A stretch of 64,000 nt of DNA from Pseudomonadota bacterium (GTDB lineage Bacteria > Myxococcota > JACRCW01 > JAFGSX01), in the NCBI GenBank assembly GCA_043821645.1, contig JBDRCO010000052.1, forward strand, positions 97,442 through 161,441, read 5' to 3'. Of the stretch, positions 39,410-49,700 are shown in pieces (the first letter of the stretch is position 1; each line of letters starts with the position of its first letter). The notes under the pieces were generated by a model that searched no databases, had not been told where the DNA came from, and saw only the letters and a program-made list of their open reading frames with translations. A program made the position numbers and the translations under genes.

Positions 39410-40525
39410 ATGGCGAATCTGCACCAGCTGCTCAAGGCGATGATCGAGAAGGGGGCGTCAGACCTCCACGTCACGACGGGATCCCCTCCACAGCTTCGCA
39501 TCGATGGCAGGTTGGTGCCGCTCAAGACTCCACCCCTCACTCCCGTCGACACCAAGCAGCTGTGTTACTCCATCCTCACCGACGCTCAGAAACACAAGTT
39601 CGAGGAGGAGAACGAGCTGGACCTCTCGTTCGGCGTCAAGAACCTGTCCCGATTCCGGGCCAACATTTTCTTGCAGCGCGGTGCGGTGGCGGGAGCCTTC
39701 CGCACGATCCCGTTCAAGATCCTGACCTTCCAGGAACTCGGCCTACCCGCCGTGGTCAACGAACTGTCCTCAAGACCGCGAGGGCTCGTGCTGGTCTGCG
39801 GTCCCACAGGATCAGGGAAGTCCACGACCCTGGCTTCGATCATCGACAAGGTCAACGAAGACAGGCATGAGCACATCGTCACCATCGAGGACCCGATCGA
39901 GTACCTGCACCCGCACAAGAACTGCATCGTCAATCAGCGCGAGGTCGGTGCGGACACGGACAGCTTCAAGAAGGCTCTCAAGTACATCCTGCGTCAGGAC
40001 CCCGACGTTGTCCTGATCGGTGAGATGCGCGACCTCGAGACCATGGAGGCGGCGCTCGTCGTGTCCGAGACGGGCCACCTGGCGTTCGGGACCCTGCACA
40101 CGAATGGTTGCGTGCAGTCGATCAACCGCATCCTGGACGCCTTTCCGCCCTACCAACAACCCCAGGTCAGGGCTCAGCTCTCGTTCGTGCTGCAGGGCGT
40201 GCTTGCCCAGCAACTCATGCCAAGGGCCACGGGTGCGGGGCGCTGCCTGGCACTCGAGATCATGATCCCCAATCCGGCCATCCGGAATCTCATCCGTGAA
40301 GACAAGATCCATCAGATCTACTCACAGATGCAGGTGGGCCAGACCAAGTTCGGCATGCAGACGCTCAACCAGTCCCTGGTGACCCTGGTGCAGCGGCGGC
40401 TGATCACCCTTGAAGAGGCTTTCGGTCGCTCCAGCGACGTCGACGAGCTGAAGAACTTGCTCGGTGGGGCCGCTTTGCTGCCCCAGGCCGTGCAGCCTGG
40501 TCAGCACAGGCCTCCTGGCCGCTAG
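39410..40525 (+). CDS. pilT: Type IV pilus retraction ATPase PilT
   Basis: ASDLH, GPTGSGKSTT, TIEDPIE, NQREVG, RQDPDV, AIRNLIRE, GMQT. Confidence 0.97.
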   Translation: MANLHQLLKAMIEKGASDLHVTTGSPPQLRIDGRLVPLKTPPLTPVDTKQLCYSILTDAQKHKFEEENELDLSFGVKNLSRFRANIFLQRGAVAGAFRTIPFKILTFQELGLPAVVNELSSRPRGLVLVCGPTGSGKSTTLASIIDKVNEDRHEHIVTIEDPIEYLHPHKNCIVNQREVGADTDSFKKALKYILRQDPDVVLIGEMRDLETMEAALVVSETGHLAFGTLHTNGCVQSINRILDAFPPYQQPQVRAQLSFVLQGVLAQQLMPRATGAGRCLALEIMIPNPAIRNLIREDKIHQIYSQMQVGQTKFGMQTLNQSLVTLVQRRLITLEEAFGRSSDVDELKNLLGGAALLPQAVQPGQHRPPGR

Positions 40526-40710
40526 GGACAAGAGCGGGAACGAAATTGGGTGGTTGGCGCGCTTCAATGTAGAATGGGAGGGTCCTGCGTCCACCGCGCT
40601 GGAGCCTGGCCGGAAGCGATCCAGCAGGCGATCAGCGGGATGGGGACCCGCCGGTTCTGGCGAGGCGGGAGAGGGGCGCGCCAAACGCTCCTCCAACACG
40701 AACGGAGGCG

Positions 40711-41928
40711 ATGATGGCCACTTTTGTCTGGGAAGGCACGCTACGCTCCGGTGAACTCCGCAAGGGGATCATGGAAGCGGCCTCTCGCGACGAGGTCGAG
40801 CGCAAACTCCGAAACCAGCAGATCACCATCAAGAAGGTCGGCCGCGACTGGAAGAATATACAGCTCCGGATGCCCGGTACCGGGGGCGTTGAGCTCAAGG
40901 ACCTGGTCCAGTTCGCGCGCCAGTTCGCCACCATGATCGACGCCGGTCTGCCACTGGTTCAGGCCCTGGACATCCTGGCAAGCCAGTCCGAGACTCCGGC
41001 CTTCAAGGCCGTGTTGTCCCAGGTGAAGGGCGATGTCGAGAGCGGCAAGACCTTTGCCGACGCTCTCTCCAAGCACCCGAAGGTGTTCGATCCGCTGTTC
41101 GTCAACCTGGTCTCGGCCGGTGAGGTCGGCGGTGTGCTCGACACCATCATGAACCGGCTGGCGCAGTACCTGGAGAAGAACGCCAAGCTGCGGCGTCAGG
41201 TCAAGGGAGCCATGATCTACCCGTCGGTGGTGCTCATGGTTGGTATCGTGATCGCTGTCGCCATGCTCATGTTCGTCATTCCTGTGTTTCAGGCCATGTT
41301 CGCGGACTTTAACGCAGCTCTCCCTGGGCCGACGCAGTTCGTGGTGGATCTCTCCCAGGCCTTCCGCGATGTCTGGTGGCTCCTTGCCGCGGCCGTGGTG
41401 GGCCTGGTCATGGGGTGGCGAGCCGTGCGCAAAAGTGACAGGGGGCGAGAGATCACAGATCGCCTCTTCCTGTCGGCACCCATCATTGGCGACTTGTTGC
41501 GAAAGGTCGCGGTCGCACGCTTCACTCGCACCATGTCCACCATGCTCTCGTCGGGTGTGCCCATCCTTGACGCACTCGAGATCGTCGCAAAATCCGCCGG
41601 TAACAAGGTCATCGAGAAGGCTCTGTTCTTTGCGCGAGCGAGGATCTCGGAAGGCAAGACGCTGGCGGAACCTCTTGCCGAGACCAAGGTGTTTCCAAGC
41701 ATGGTGGTGCAGATGATCTCGGTCGGTGAGGCGACCGGCGCCATGGATACCATGCTCGGAAAGATCGCAGATTTCTATGACGAGGAAGTGGACGTGGCCG
41801 TGGCGGCTCTCACCTCCCTGATCGAGCCGATTATCATGATGTTCATCGCGGTGCTGCTCGGTGGCCTGGTCATCACCATGTACCTGCCCATCTTCAGTAT
41901 CGCGGGTGCCGTGTCGACCGACGGCTAG
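40711..41928 (+). CDS. pilC: Type IV pilus platform protein PilC
   Basis: RQFATMIDAGLPL, AGEVGG.LD, AMIYP, VGEATG.MD.ML.KIADFY, MYLPIF. Confidence 0.96.
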   Translation: MMATFVWEGTLRSGELRKGIMEAASRDEVERKLRNQQITIKKVGRDWKNIQLRMPGTGGVELKDLVQFARQFATMIDAGLPLVQALDILASQSETPAFKAVLSQVKGDVESGKTFADALSKHPKVFDPLFVNLVSAGEVGGVLDTIMNRLAQYLEKNAKLRRQVKGAMIYPSVVLMVGIVIAVAMLMFVIPVFQAMFADFNAALPGPTQFVVDLSQAFRDVWWLLAAAVVGLVMGWRAVRKSDRGREITDRLFLSAPIIGDLLRKVAVARFTRTMSTMLSSGVPILDALEIVAKSAGNKVIEKALFFARARISEGKTLAEPLAETKVFPSMVVQMISVGEATGAMDTMLGKIADFYDEEVDVAVAALTSLIEPIIMMFIAVLLGGLVITMYLPIFSIAGAVSTDG

Positions 41929-41937
41929 GCCCCCAGC

Positions 41938-43704
41938 GTGGACGTCCCACCTGCGTCGCCACAAGGTCTTCCTGCTTCCTCCTCGGAACGCGCGGCGGAC
42001 TCCCTATCTCTCACGATGTCCCCCCCGCATTCTTCGCCGCCCGCACCCGATGGCGGAGTCTCCACCCGCCTGACCTGGTTGCTGGTCTTTCGATCCCTGG
42101 TCATGGGCGCGCTCCTGATCGTGAGTGTGCTGGCCAACCTCACCGAGCCCAGCATGCTCTCGGATCCGCCCCAGGTGACGGTCTACGGCTCCGTGGCGTT
42201 CAGCTTTGCCGTGATCTTGCTGGGCGCGCTCTGGCAACGGCGCGATCCAGAGCACTACCTGGGGATGCAGGTTGCCATCCAGATAGGCGGCGATCTGGTC
42301 ATGGCGACTGCCCTGGTCTTCGCCACGGGAGGCGTGGACTCTGCCTTCATCTTTCTGTTCTCGCTGTCCGTGATCAATGCCGCCGCACTGAGCTACAGAC
42401 CGGGAGCGTTGCTCACGGCGGGTACCGCCTCGTTGATGCTCCTGGCGCTGTCACTGGCCCAGCGCTTCGGGCTGGGTACAGACATCATGAGTCTGCACAT
42501 CATCTCCTCCCGCGAGGTGGGCAGGTCTCTTCTCTTCAATGCATCGGCACTGTTCCTCGTGGCCATGCTCGCAGCCTACGTCAGTGAGCAGCTCCGTCAG
42601 ACCGGCGCTAGCCTTCAGGAGGCCAGGGTCGACCTGACCCGCCTGGAGACTCTTCACGCTGCGGTGCTGTCCTCGCTGACGTCAGGGCTGATGGCTGTCG
42701 ATGACCAGTTCCGGGTGACCTTGCTCAACCGCGCTGGTGAGCTCTTGCTGCGCAGAAGAGGCGAGCAGGTCGTGGGCCTGCGTGCCGACGATGTGTTGCC
42801 AGGTGTCGAGGAACACTTGAACCGGGAAGCGGGTTCGCGCTTTGAACTCCACAGTACCGGCCCGGAGATCCGGATCCTCGGCTGCTCCGTCGCCCCACTG
42901 TCGGGTGCGGTCCTCCAGCTGCAAGGTTACGTCCTCACGTTCCAGGATCTCACCGAGATCCGAGCTCTCGAGGAAGCGATCCAGCGCTCTGAGCGACTGG
43001 CGACGGTCGGCCAGTTCGCGGCTGGTCTGGCACACGAACTACGTAATCCCCTGGGCTCTCTCACCGGCTGCGTCGAGTTGCTCCAGCGAAGCGTCAGCGA
43101 GACAACACCCCGGCTCGACTCGACAGCCCAGGCTAAATTGTTCGATATCGTTCTGCGGGAGGCCGAGAGGCTCAACAAGCTGCTCTCGGACTTCCTGCAG
43201 TACGCGCGGCCCTCGCCGACCGAACGCCGCGAGGTCCGGCTCGCGGGGCTGGTCGAGGATACGATCCTGGTGGCACAGCGCGAACTGGATGGAGCCGAAG
43301 GACCACGCATCGAGACCCAGATCGAGGACCCCACTCTGGTGGTCGACGGCGATCTGGGCCAGCTCAAGCAAGTGCTGTGGAACCTGCTCCGAAATGCCAC
43401 GGCGGCGGCAGGGACCCATGGCCTGGTCCGGGTGTCCGTGTCTCGGGCTGGCGCACACCAGGAGAGTGTCGCGGTCGACGTCGAGGACAGTGGTTCCGGA
43501 GTTCCCGTCGAGCTGCGCAGCCGCATCTTCGATCCCTTCTTTACCACCAAGGAAGGTGGAACCGGTCTCGGGCTCCCGACGGTGCTGCGCATCGTGGAGC
43601 AGCACGATGCCACGATCCGGGTCCTCGAGAGCCCCCTCGGTGGTGCCCGACTGCATATTCTCTTCCCCGTACCGAGCGCAGACGCGATCAGCCTGGAGCG
43701 TTGA
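41938..43704 (+). CDS. pilS: Sensor histidine kinase PilS-like (start uncertain, possibly 42016)
   Basis: Multiple TM helices, PAS, LAHELRNPL H-box, WNLLRNA, DSGSG, FDPFFTTK..GTGLGL; position after pilC. Confidence 0.88.
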   Translation: MDVPPASPQGLPASSSERAADSLSLTMSPPHSSPPAPDGGVSTRLTWLLVFRSLVMGALLIVSVLANLTEPSMLSDPPQVTVYGSVAFSFAVILLGALWQRRDPEHYLGMQVAIQIGGDLVMATALVFATGGVDSAFIFLFSLSVINAAALSYRPGALLTAGTASLMLLALSLAQRFGLGTDIMSLHIISSREVGRSLLFNASALFLVAMLAAYVSEQLRQTGASLQEARVDLTRLETLHAAVLSSLTSGLMAVDDQFRVTLLNRAGELLLRRRGEQVVGLRADDVLPGVEEHLNREAGSRFELHSTGPEIRILGCSVAPLSGAVLQLQGYVLTFQDLTEIRALEEAIQRSERLATVGQFAAGLAHELRNPLGSLTGCVELLQRSVSETTPRLDSTAQAKLFDIVLREAERLNKLLSDFLQYARPSPTERREVRLAGLVEDTILVAQRELDGAEGPRIETQIEDPTLVVDGDLGQLKQVLWNLLRNATAAAGTHGLVRVSVSRAGAHQESVAVDVEDSGSGVPVELRSRIFDPFFTTKEGGTGLGLPTVLRIVEQHDATIRVLESPLGGARLHILFPVPSADAISLER

Positions 43705-43787
43705 CGGGCTCGACGGGGATCTCGATAATGAACGGTCAGTGACATCGTCGTGGTGAGCGCTGGCAGGAGAGCATCCCAGGAGGTGAC

Positions 43788-45200
43788 GTGGCTCGTATTC
43801 TGGTCGTCGATGACGAGCGCAGCATGCGGGAGTTTCTCGAGATCATGCTGCAGCGCGCAGGTCACCAGGTGGCCCACGCCCAGGATGCCCCAGAGGCCAT
43901 TGCCTGGCTGAGCAAGAACGCGGTCGACCTCGTGCTCTCGGATCTGAGGTTCCCTCGTGGCACCGGGATGGATGTCCTGGCGCACATCAAGAGTGCGAAT
44001 CCGGGCGTTCAGGTTGTGATGATGACCGCCTACGCGACCACCAGCAATGCCATCGAGGCCATGAAGCTGGGCGCGTACGACTATCTCGTCAAACCTTTCA
44101 AGATTGATGAAGTCGCCGTGGTGATCGAGCGAGCCCTCGAGCGCCAGAGACTGGAGAGAGAGAACGTCGAGCTCAAGAGTCGACTCGACGGGCGTGCGGC
44201 GGCAGGTCGCTTGCTGGGGCAGAGCCCGGCCATGCGCGAGGTCTACGATCTGATCGCCAAGGTGGCTCCGACCCGGACCACGGTCCTGCTCACAGGCGCC
44301 TCGGGAACAGGCAAGGAGCTGGTGGCGCGCGCCATCCACCTGCGCGGGCCGCGCAGCGACGGCGCTTTTGTTCCCGTGAACTGCGGGGCCATCCCCGAGC
44401 AGTTGATGGAGAGCGAGCTGTTCGGTCACATGAAAGGGTCCTTCACCGGAGCGATCAGCAACAAGCCCGGTCTGTTCGAGATTGCCCGGGGTGGAACGCT
44501 ATTCCTCGACGAGATCAGCGAGCTCCCGCTGTCTCTGCAGGTCAAATTGCTGCGCGTCCTCCAGGAACGCCGACTGCGCCGCGTGGGTGGTGTCGACGAT
44601 ATCGAGACGGACATTCGCGTGATCGCCGCGACCAACCGGGACCTGCGCTCGGATGTCGACGAGGGGCGTTTTCGCGAGGACCTTTATTACAGACTCAATG
44701 TCATCCAGATCCGGCTGCCTACCTTGCAGCAGCGTCGGGCCGACATCCCGATGCTGGCCGAGGCCTTCCTGCATCGCTTCACCGAGGAACAGGGCCGCGA
44801 GATCGAGGGTTTCAGCGAGTTGGCCATGGCCCGGTTGATGGATCACCCCTGGCGCGGAAATGTGCGCGAGCTCGAGAACACCATCGAGCGCGCCGTGACC
44901 CTGACCGCAGGAACTGTCATCGATCTCCAGGATCTGCCACGTGGCATGGCAGAGGGTCAGGTGGACAAGGTGCCGCAGGTGATACCTGAACTGGCGCTGC
45001 CCGACATCCCGGAGCAGGATTTCAACCTCGACCAGGTGCTCGAGAGCTACGAGCGCGCCATCATCGAGAAGGCTCTGGTCCGGAGCCAAGGCGTTCGAAA
45101 GCATGCAGCGGTTCTGCTCGGGGTGACTTTCCGCTCGCTTCGCTACCGGCTCGCCAAGCTTGGCATCACCGTCGACGACACCCCAACCCGCGAGGGTTGA
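43788..45200 (+). CDS. pilR: Sigma54-dependent response regulator PilR
   Basis: Receiver domain, [55 protein letters not shown] typical of PilR. Confidence 0.92.
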   Translation: MARILVVDDERSMREFLEIMLQRAGHQVAHAQDAPEAIAWLSKNAVDLVLSDLRFPRGTGMDVLAHIKSANPGVQVVMMTAYATTSNAIEAMKLGAYDYLVKPFKIDEVAVVIERALERQRLERENVELKSRLDGRAAAGRLLGQSPAMREVYDLIAKVAPTRTTVLLTGASGTGKELVARAIHLRGPRSDGAFVPVNCGAIPEQLMESELFGHMKGSFTGAISNKPGLFEIARGGTLFLDEISELPLSLQVKLLRVLQERRLRRVGGVDDIETDIRVIAATNRDLRSDVDEGRFREDLYYRLNVIQIRLPTLQQRRADIPMLAEAFLHRFTEEQGREIEGFSELAMARLMDHPWRGNVRELENTIERAVTLTAGTVIDLQDLPRGMAEGQVDKVPQVIPELALPDIPEQDFNLDQVLESYERAIIEKALVRSQGVRKHAAVLLGVTFRSLRYRLAKLGITVDDTPTREG

Positions 45201-45211
45201 AGGGAGCATCC

Positions 45212-46408
45212 GTGGCGAGGCGTCCGGTGCTGTTCTTTGCGCTGTGTGGCGAGGGGATGGGGCACGCCACTCGCAGCTGGCCCGTGATCCGCCACTTCAG
45301 CGAGCGCTACGAGGTCCATGTGTTCGCGGGCGGCCGCGTGCACGAGTACCTGGTATCCCGTGTCGAGCACCTGCACTGGATCCAGACCCTGGCCCTGGTG
45401 TACCGCGACAACGCGGTCGATGTCGGTGCTTCGGTGCGTACCAACTTCAGCCACCTGCCGGGGCTGGTCTGGTCTGTTTCCAAGTTCGCGAGCCTGGCCG
45501 TGGCTCTCCGCCCTCACGTTCTGGTCACCGACTTCGAGGCTCTGTCGACCTACGCTTCGATCCCGCTGCGCCTCAAGACCGTGGCCTTCGACAACCAGCA
45601 CATCCTGCGCCGGGCACTCGTTCGGTACCCTCCGCGCTACGAACGAGACGCCCGAGCCGCAGCGCGCGCCATCTTCTGGACCATCCCCTTTGCCAACCGG
45701 CATGTCATCTCCACCTTCTTCGAGGCACCCATCACGCGCCCCCACACGCGCATCGTCCCGCCCATCGTGCGCCCCGAGGTCCTCGAACTCACGCCCACCA
45801 CGTCGGACACCGTCCTGGTGTATCAGACCTCGGACAGCAACCGGCGGCTCGTCCCAGTGTTGAACCAGGTGGACGCACAATTCGTCATTTACGGGCTCCA
45901 CCGGGAGGAGGTGATCGGGAACTGCACGCTGCGGACCTTCAGCGAAGTTCGGTTCCTCGAAGACCTGGCGCGCGCCCGTTCCGTCATCACCAATGGCGGG
46001 CACACTTTGATCACAGAAGCCCTGGCTCTTGGCAAACCCATCCTCTGCGAACCCGTGGTGGGACAGTTCGAACAGGTGCTCAACGCGCTGCTCATCGATG
46101 AACTGGGTTACGGCCAGCTCGTGGAGTGCCTGACTCCCGAGGCTGTGCGGGATTTCTTGCAGCTCGAGGACCGCTTCCGTCGAACCATCCAGGAGCGCTA
46201 TCCGCCTGCGGACAATGCGACCGCTCTGCGTGGGTTGGAGGAAGCGATCCTGGAGCTCTCACCGCTCCTGCGAGAGGTGATGGCGCCTGCGCGCAGCGAG
46301 GCCCTGGAGCAGGGAGAGGTAAAGCCGCTCCTGATCACGCACCATCAATCCGACATCGAACGCCCGGAGTTCGGGCGGGATGGAGACGCCGGAGGTTCGA
46401 TGCCCTGA
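45212..46408 (+). CDS. Glycosyltransferase, MJ1255/VC2487-like (GT-B)
   Basis: GEGMGHATRS, TDFE, DNQH, PPIVRPE, LVYQ, VITNGGHTLITEAL.LGKP...P..GQFEQ.LNA. Confidence 0.85.
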   Translation: MARRPVLFFALCGEGMGHATRSWPVIRHFSERYEVHVFAGGRVHEYLVSRVEHLHWIQTLALVYRDNAVDVGASVRTNFSHLPGLVWSVSKFASLAVALRPHVLVTDFEALSTYASIPLRLKTVAFDNQHILRRALVRYPPRYERDARAAARAIFWTIPFANRHVISTFFEAPITRPHTRIVPPIVRPEVLELTPTTSDTVLVYQTSDSNRRLVPVLNQVDAQFVIYGLHREEVIGNCTLRTFSEVRFLEDLARARSVITNGGHTLITEALALGKPILCEPVVGQFEQVLNALLIDELGYGQLVECLTPEAVRDFLQLEDRFRRTIQERYPPADNATALRGLEEAILELSPLLREVMAPARSEALEQGEVKPLLITHHQSDIERPEFGRDGDAGGSMP

Positions 46409-47464
46409 CCGGTGGGCAGCGGCAAGGGTCAGGGCAGCCAGGCCATCCACGTCGCCCGGGTCCGCTGTCGATGAGGGTGGGAGCACTTCCTCTGTCCCGC
46501 CGGTGCGCGTGGCGACCACCTGGCAGCCAGAGACCAGTGCCTGCACCACGCTCCTGGGGAGCCCCTCGTGGTGCGACGTGAGCAGGAAAACGTCCAGGGC
46601 CGACAGGTAGGCCTGGATGTCGCGTTGCCAGCCCAGCAGGGTCACGACGCTGCCGAGTCCTCGCAGCTCGACGTCGCGCTCAACCTGCGAGCGGAGCTCG
46701 CCATCGCCGATGTACAGGAATCGGATGTCAGGACGCCGCCGATGAACCTGCGCAGCCACCGCCACGAAGTCTAGGGGAGCCTTTTGCGGTTTGAAATTCG
46801 CAACGGTACCCACGACAGGTGTGGTGGTGTCGATGCCGAGCTGCCGGCGGATCGCTGTCCTGGCATTGGCGTCGAAGGTGAATGCACCGATCTCGAAACC
46901 GCTGCGAATCAGGGCGACCCGTGCCGATCCAAACAGGCCGAGCTTGTGTCCTCTCACCTGGTCTCCCTGACTGACGCAGATGTAGGCGTCCGCGAGCGGC
47001 GCGGACAGACGTTCCACGGTCTGAAACGCGAGGCGGCGTGTCGGGGTCTGACCAGGATGGAAGGCATAGCCATGCACGCTGTGCACCACGGCGTCGACCT
47101 GCCGCGCACGGGCTGCGAGGCGACCGAGGATGCCTGCCTTGGAGCTGTGTGTGTGGACGATGCAGGGCCGAGGTACCGTGGCCAGCAGAGCCTGGAGCTG
47201 ACGAAGAGCGCGGCGATCCGCGCGCGGGTTGAGGGGGCGGACGAGGTCGGGCACGGTCGTGAAGCGCAGGTCGGGGATGGCTCGGGCTTCGCCGTCGAGC
47301 ACACCACCCGGGCCGGCCAGGAGCCAGGGTTGAAAGTGCCCACGGTCCAGGCGCCGCACGGTGTCGAGCGTGTTCTGCTGTGCGCCACCCAGCTCGAGCT
47401 GGGTGATCACGTGAACCACCTGGATGGGAGTGTCCACGCGCAGAACAAGGTTCTTGGAGGTCAC
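46259..47464 (-). CDS. GT4 family glycosyltransferase
   Basis: HVITQLELGGAQ, VHTHSSKAG, HSVHG, PQKAP, S.HEGLP.SVVQA, C-terminal FD...MV...E.LY. Confidence 0.9.
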   Translation of the reverse strand: MTSKNLVLRVDTPIQVVHVITQLELGGAQQNTLDTVRRLDRGHFQPWLLAGPGGVLDGEARAIPDLRFTTVPDLVRPLNPRADRRALRQLQALLATVPRPCIVHTHSSKAGILGRLAARARQVDAVVHSVHGYAFHPGQTPTRRLAFQTVERLSAPLADAYICVSQGDQVRGHKLGLFGSARVALIRSGFEIGAFTFDANARTAIRRQLGIDTTTPVVGTVANFKPQKAPLDFVAVAAQVHRRRPDIRFLYIGDGELRSQVERDVELRGLGSVVTLLGWQRDIQAYLSALDVFLLTSHHEGLPRSVVQALVSGCQVVATRTGGTEEVLPPSSTADPGDVDGLAALTLAAAHRSGHRTSGVSIPPELRAFDVGLMVRDQERLYLSLLQGLAARRRHHLSQER

Positions 47465-47465
47465 G

Positions 47466-48569
47466 TCACGTCCCCGGCGGAGAGGACGGGCGTTCTCGCG
47501 CCGGTGGCTGGACCATGTCCAGGGTATTCTCCGATCCCTCGAACGAGGAAGGTCGTCTGGGATCCAGCTGCCACAACCAGATAAAGACGCCAAGCGTCCC
47601 GGCGACGACCAGACCAAGGATGAGCAGGGCGGTTGTCGCAGTGACCTGTGCCGCGAGAACAGCGAGGGTTCCCATCACAACGCCAGCGAAGATGGCGCCA
47701 AGAGTGATGCGCCGGGCTGGTACACCGGCACGTCGGAGACGCACGGCGAAATGATCCGGACTCCCGTGATAGAACGGGATGCGATGGCGCAGCCGCGCCA
47801 GGACAACGAAGCCCAGGTCGAACAAGGGGACATAGAGAACGGCCAGGGGTGAGAACAGTGCGGCCAGCGGATTGATCGCGGAGTAATCACTGACCATGGC
47901 CAGCGCGCCCAGAACCAGGCCGATCAGCATGGAGCCCGTGTCCCCGAGGTAGATCCGGGCGGGCGGAAAATTGAACCACAGAAAGCCAAGCAGGCTGCCA
48001 AAGAGTGCCGCACATAGAACCGCGACCAGCACCTCTCCCTGCAACAGAGCGAACACACCGAAAAACGCTGTGGCGACGGCACCGATGCCTGCACACAGAC
48101 CATCGTGGACGTCGATGATGTTGAATGCGTTGGTCACGGTCACCAGCCAGAAGACGCTGATCAGCGTGTCCAGGGGTTCCGGGACCGCGTCGATCTGAAT
48201 CTGCACTCCGGCTCGAACCAGCACCAGGGCAGCTATCAGCTGTCCCAGCAGCTTGTCTCTGGGTACCAGCGTACCGAGGTCGTCGACGAGCCCGAAGCAG
48301 ACGACCAGCGAGGCAGCCAGGAAGATCGCCAGGACCTTGGACTCCAGCGGGTGAACCACCGCCACGGCCGCGATGAGCGCCAGGAACACCACCAGACCGC
48401 CCAGGTACGGGACGGGTTCGCGCTGGTGCTTGAGGTGGCCGTCTGGTCTATCGACGATGTCGTAGCGCTCGGCTGCACGGCGGATGAAGGGTGTCAGGTA
48501 GAGCGAAAAGGCCAGCGCCAGGACGCCGCTCAGGCTCACCACCAAACCCGTGTCGAGCGAATGATTCAC
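47466..48569 (-). CDS. MraY/WecA-family polyprenyl-phosphate sugar-1-phosphate transferase
   Basis: VDRP...K.Q..PVPYLGG, GLVDD, TNAFNIID.HDG, NFPPARIYLGDTGS; many TM helices. Confidence 0.92.
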   Translation of the reverse strand: MNHSLDTGLVVSLSGVLALAFSLYLTPFIRRAAERYDIVDRPDGHLKHQREPVPYLGGLVVFLALIAAVAVVHPLESKVLAIFLAASLVVCFGLVDDLGTLVPRDKLLGQLIAALVLVRAGVQIQIDAVPEPLDTLISVFWLVTVTNAFNIIDVHDGLCAGIGAVATAFFGVFALLQGEVLVAVLCAALFGSLLGFLWFNFPPARIYLGDTGSMLIGLVLGALAMVSDYSAINPLAALFSPLAVLYVPLFDLGFVVLARLRHRIPFYHGSPDHFAVRLRRAGVPARRITLGAIFAGVVMGTLAVLAAQVTATTALLILGLVVAGTLGVFIWLWQLDPRRPSSFEGSENTLDMVQPPARERPSSPPGT

Positions 48570-48602
48570 CGTACTGGCTCCGCGCTCCCTGTGTGGCGGA
48601 CG

Positions 48603-49700
48603 CTAGCAGTCCTGCGTGATCCAGGGCAAGGGTGCCGCGACGACGGAACGCCAGAGCTGAATTGTGCGCTCGACCATGCTCTGCTCGCTGAAGCACCGGG
48701 CAACACGGAGCCGTGCGGCCGTTCCCATGGACTCGACGTCCACCGTCGTGCACAGGCGATCGAGCGCGCTGCTCAGCGCCAGCACCTCACCGGCTGGCAC
48801 CAGCAACCCTGTGCTTCCGTCCACCACGAGCTCTCGGTTGCCTGCGACATCAGAGGCAATCACGGGTCGCGCGCAGGCCATCGCCTCGAGGGCCGAGACC
48901 GATAGGCCTTCATGAACACTTGGCAGGACCAGGGCGTCGATGGATCGCAAGAAAGCCTGGCTGTCATGGACGGTACCGAGGAACTGCACCCGGTTCCCGA
49001 GTCCACGGCGGTGCGCCTGGCGTTGCAGCGCATCCCGCCTGGGGCCATCTCCAGCCACGCGCAGGGTCAGGCCGAGATCGGGCCGCAGCGCCAGGGCCTC
49101 CAGCAGGACGTGCAGTCCTTTGTCTTCGTGGAGCCGTCCGAGGAAACCAAGGGTGTGTACCGCGTGCGGTGGTGAGGCACTTTCGTCGACACGGACACCG
49201 TTGTGGATGACGTGAAAAGATCTGCGAGCGATGCCCAGCTCACGCGCTGCGAGGTCCGCCACTGCCTCGCTCACGGCGATGTGCGCCGATACCCAGTGCC
49301 CGGTCCAGGCTTCCACGCTGGACTCCACAGGCTGCAGGAGGTGCGAGGTGTGATAGGTGCTGACGCAGCGAAGACCTGCCCGACGAGCCGCCAGACGCGC
49401 GACCGTGTTGCCCTCGAACAGCATGCCATGGAGAAGGTGGACACCCTGACGTCTCAGCGCGTGTCCCAGGTGCAGCGCCGCAGCAGTGGTCGCCAGGGGT
49501 GAGCGCAGCAAACCCGGGGCGCGGTCCAGAGAACGCACCGGGATACCTTCCGCCGCAAGAGTTGTCGCCACGGCTCCGCCACCGCGCACCGCGACGACGT
49601 GGATCTGGCAGCCCAGGCTCCGGGCGCCAAGGGCAAGCTGACGCGTCACGGTCTCGGCACCGCCGACGTCCAGCCGGTTGATCACGATGGCCACCTTCAT
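48603..49700 (-). CDS. GT4 family glycosyltransferase
   Basis: L.VGGAE, VIHNGV, GRL..DKG, PS.HEGL..SALEAMA..RPVIAS. Confidence 0.9.
   Translation of the reverse strand: MKVAIVINRLDVGGAETVTRQLALGARSLGCQIHVVAVRGGGAVATTLAAEGIPVRSLDRAPGLLRSPLATTAAALHLGHALRRQGVHLLHGMLFEGNTVARLAARRAGLRCVSTYHTSHLLQPVESSVEAWTGHWVSAHIAVSEAVADLAARELGIARRSFHVIHNGVRVDESASPPHAVHTLGFLGRLHEDKGLHVLLEALALRPDLGLTLRVAGDGPRRDALQRQAHRRGLGNRVQFLGTVHDSQAFLRSIDALVLPSVHEGLSVSALEAMACARPVIASDVAGNRELVVDGSTGLLVPAGEVLALSSALDRLCTTVDVESMGTAARLRVARCFSEQSMVERTIQLWRSVVAAPLPWITQDC

Noticed and set aside
40580-40670. Hairpin containing CCGGAAG as SRP (4.5S) RNA or a c-di-GMP riboswitch
   Set aside because: Lacks the CAGG...GNRA...AGCAG SRP domain IV arrangement and the GEMM consensus elements.
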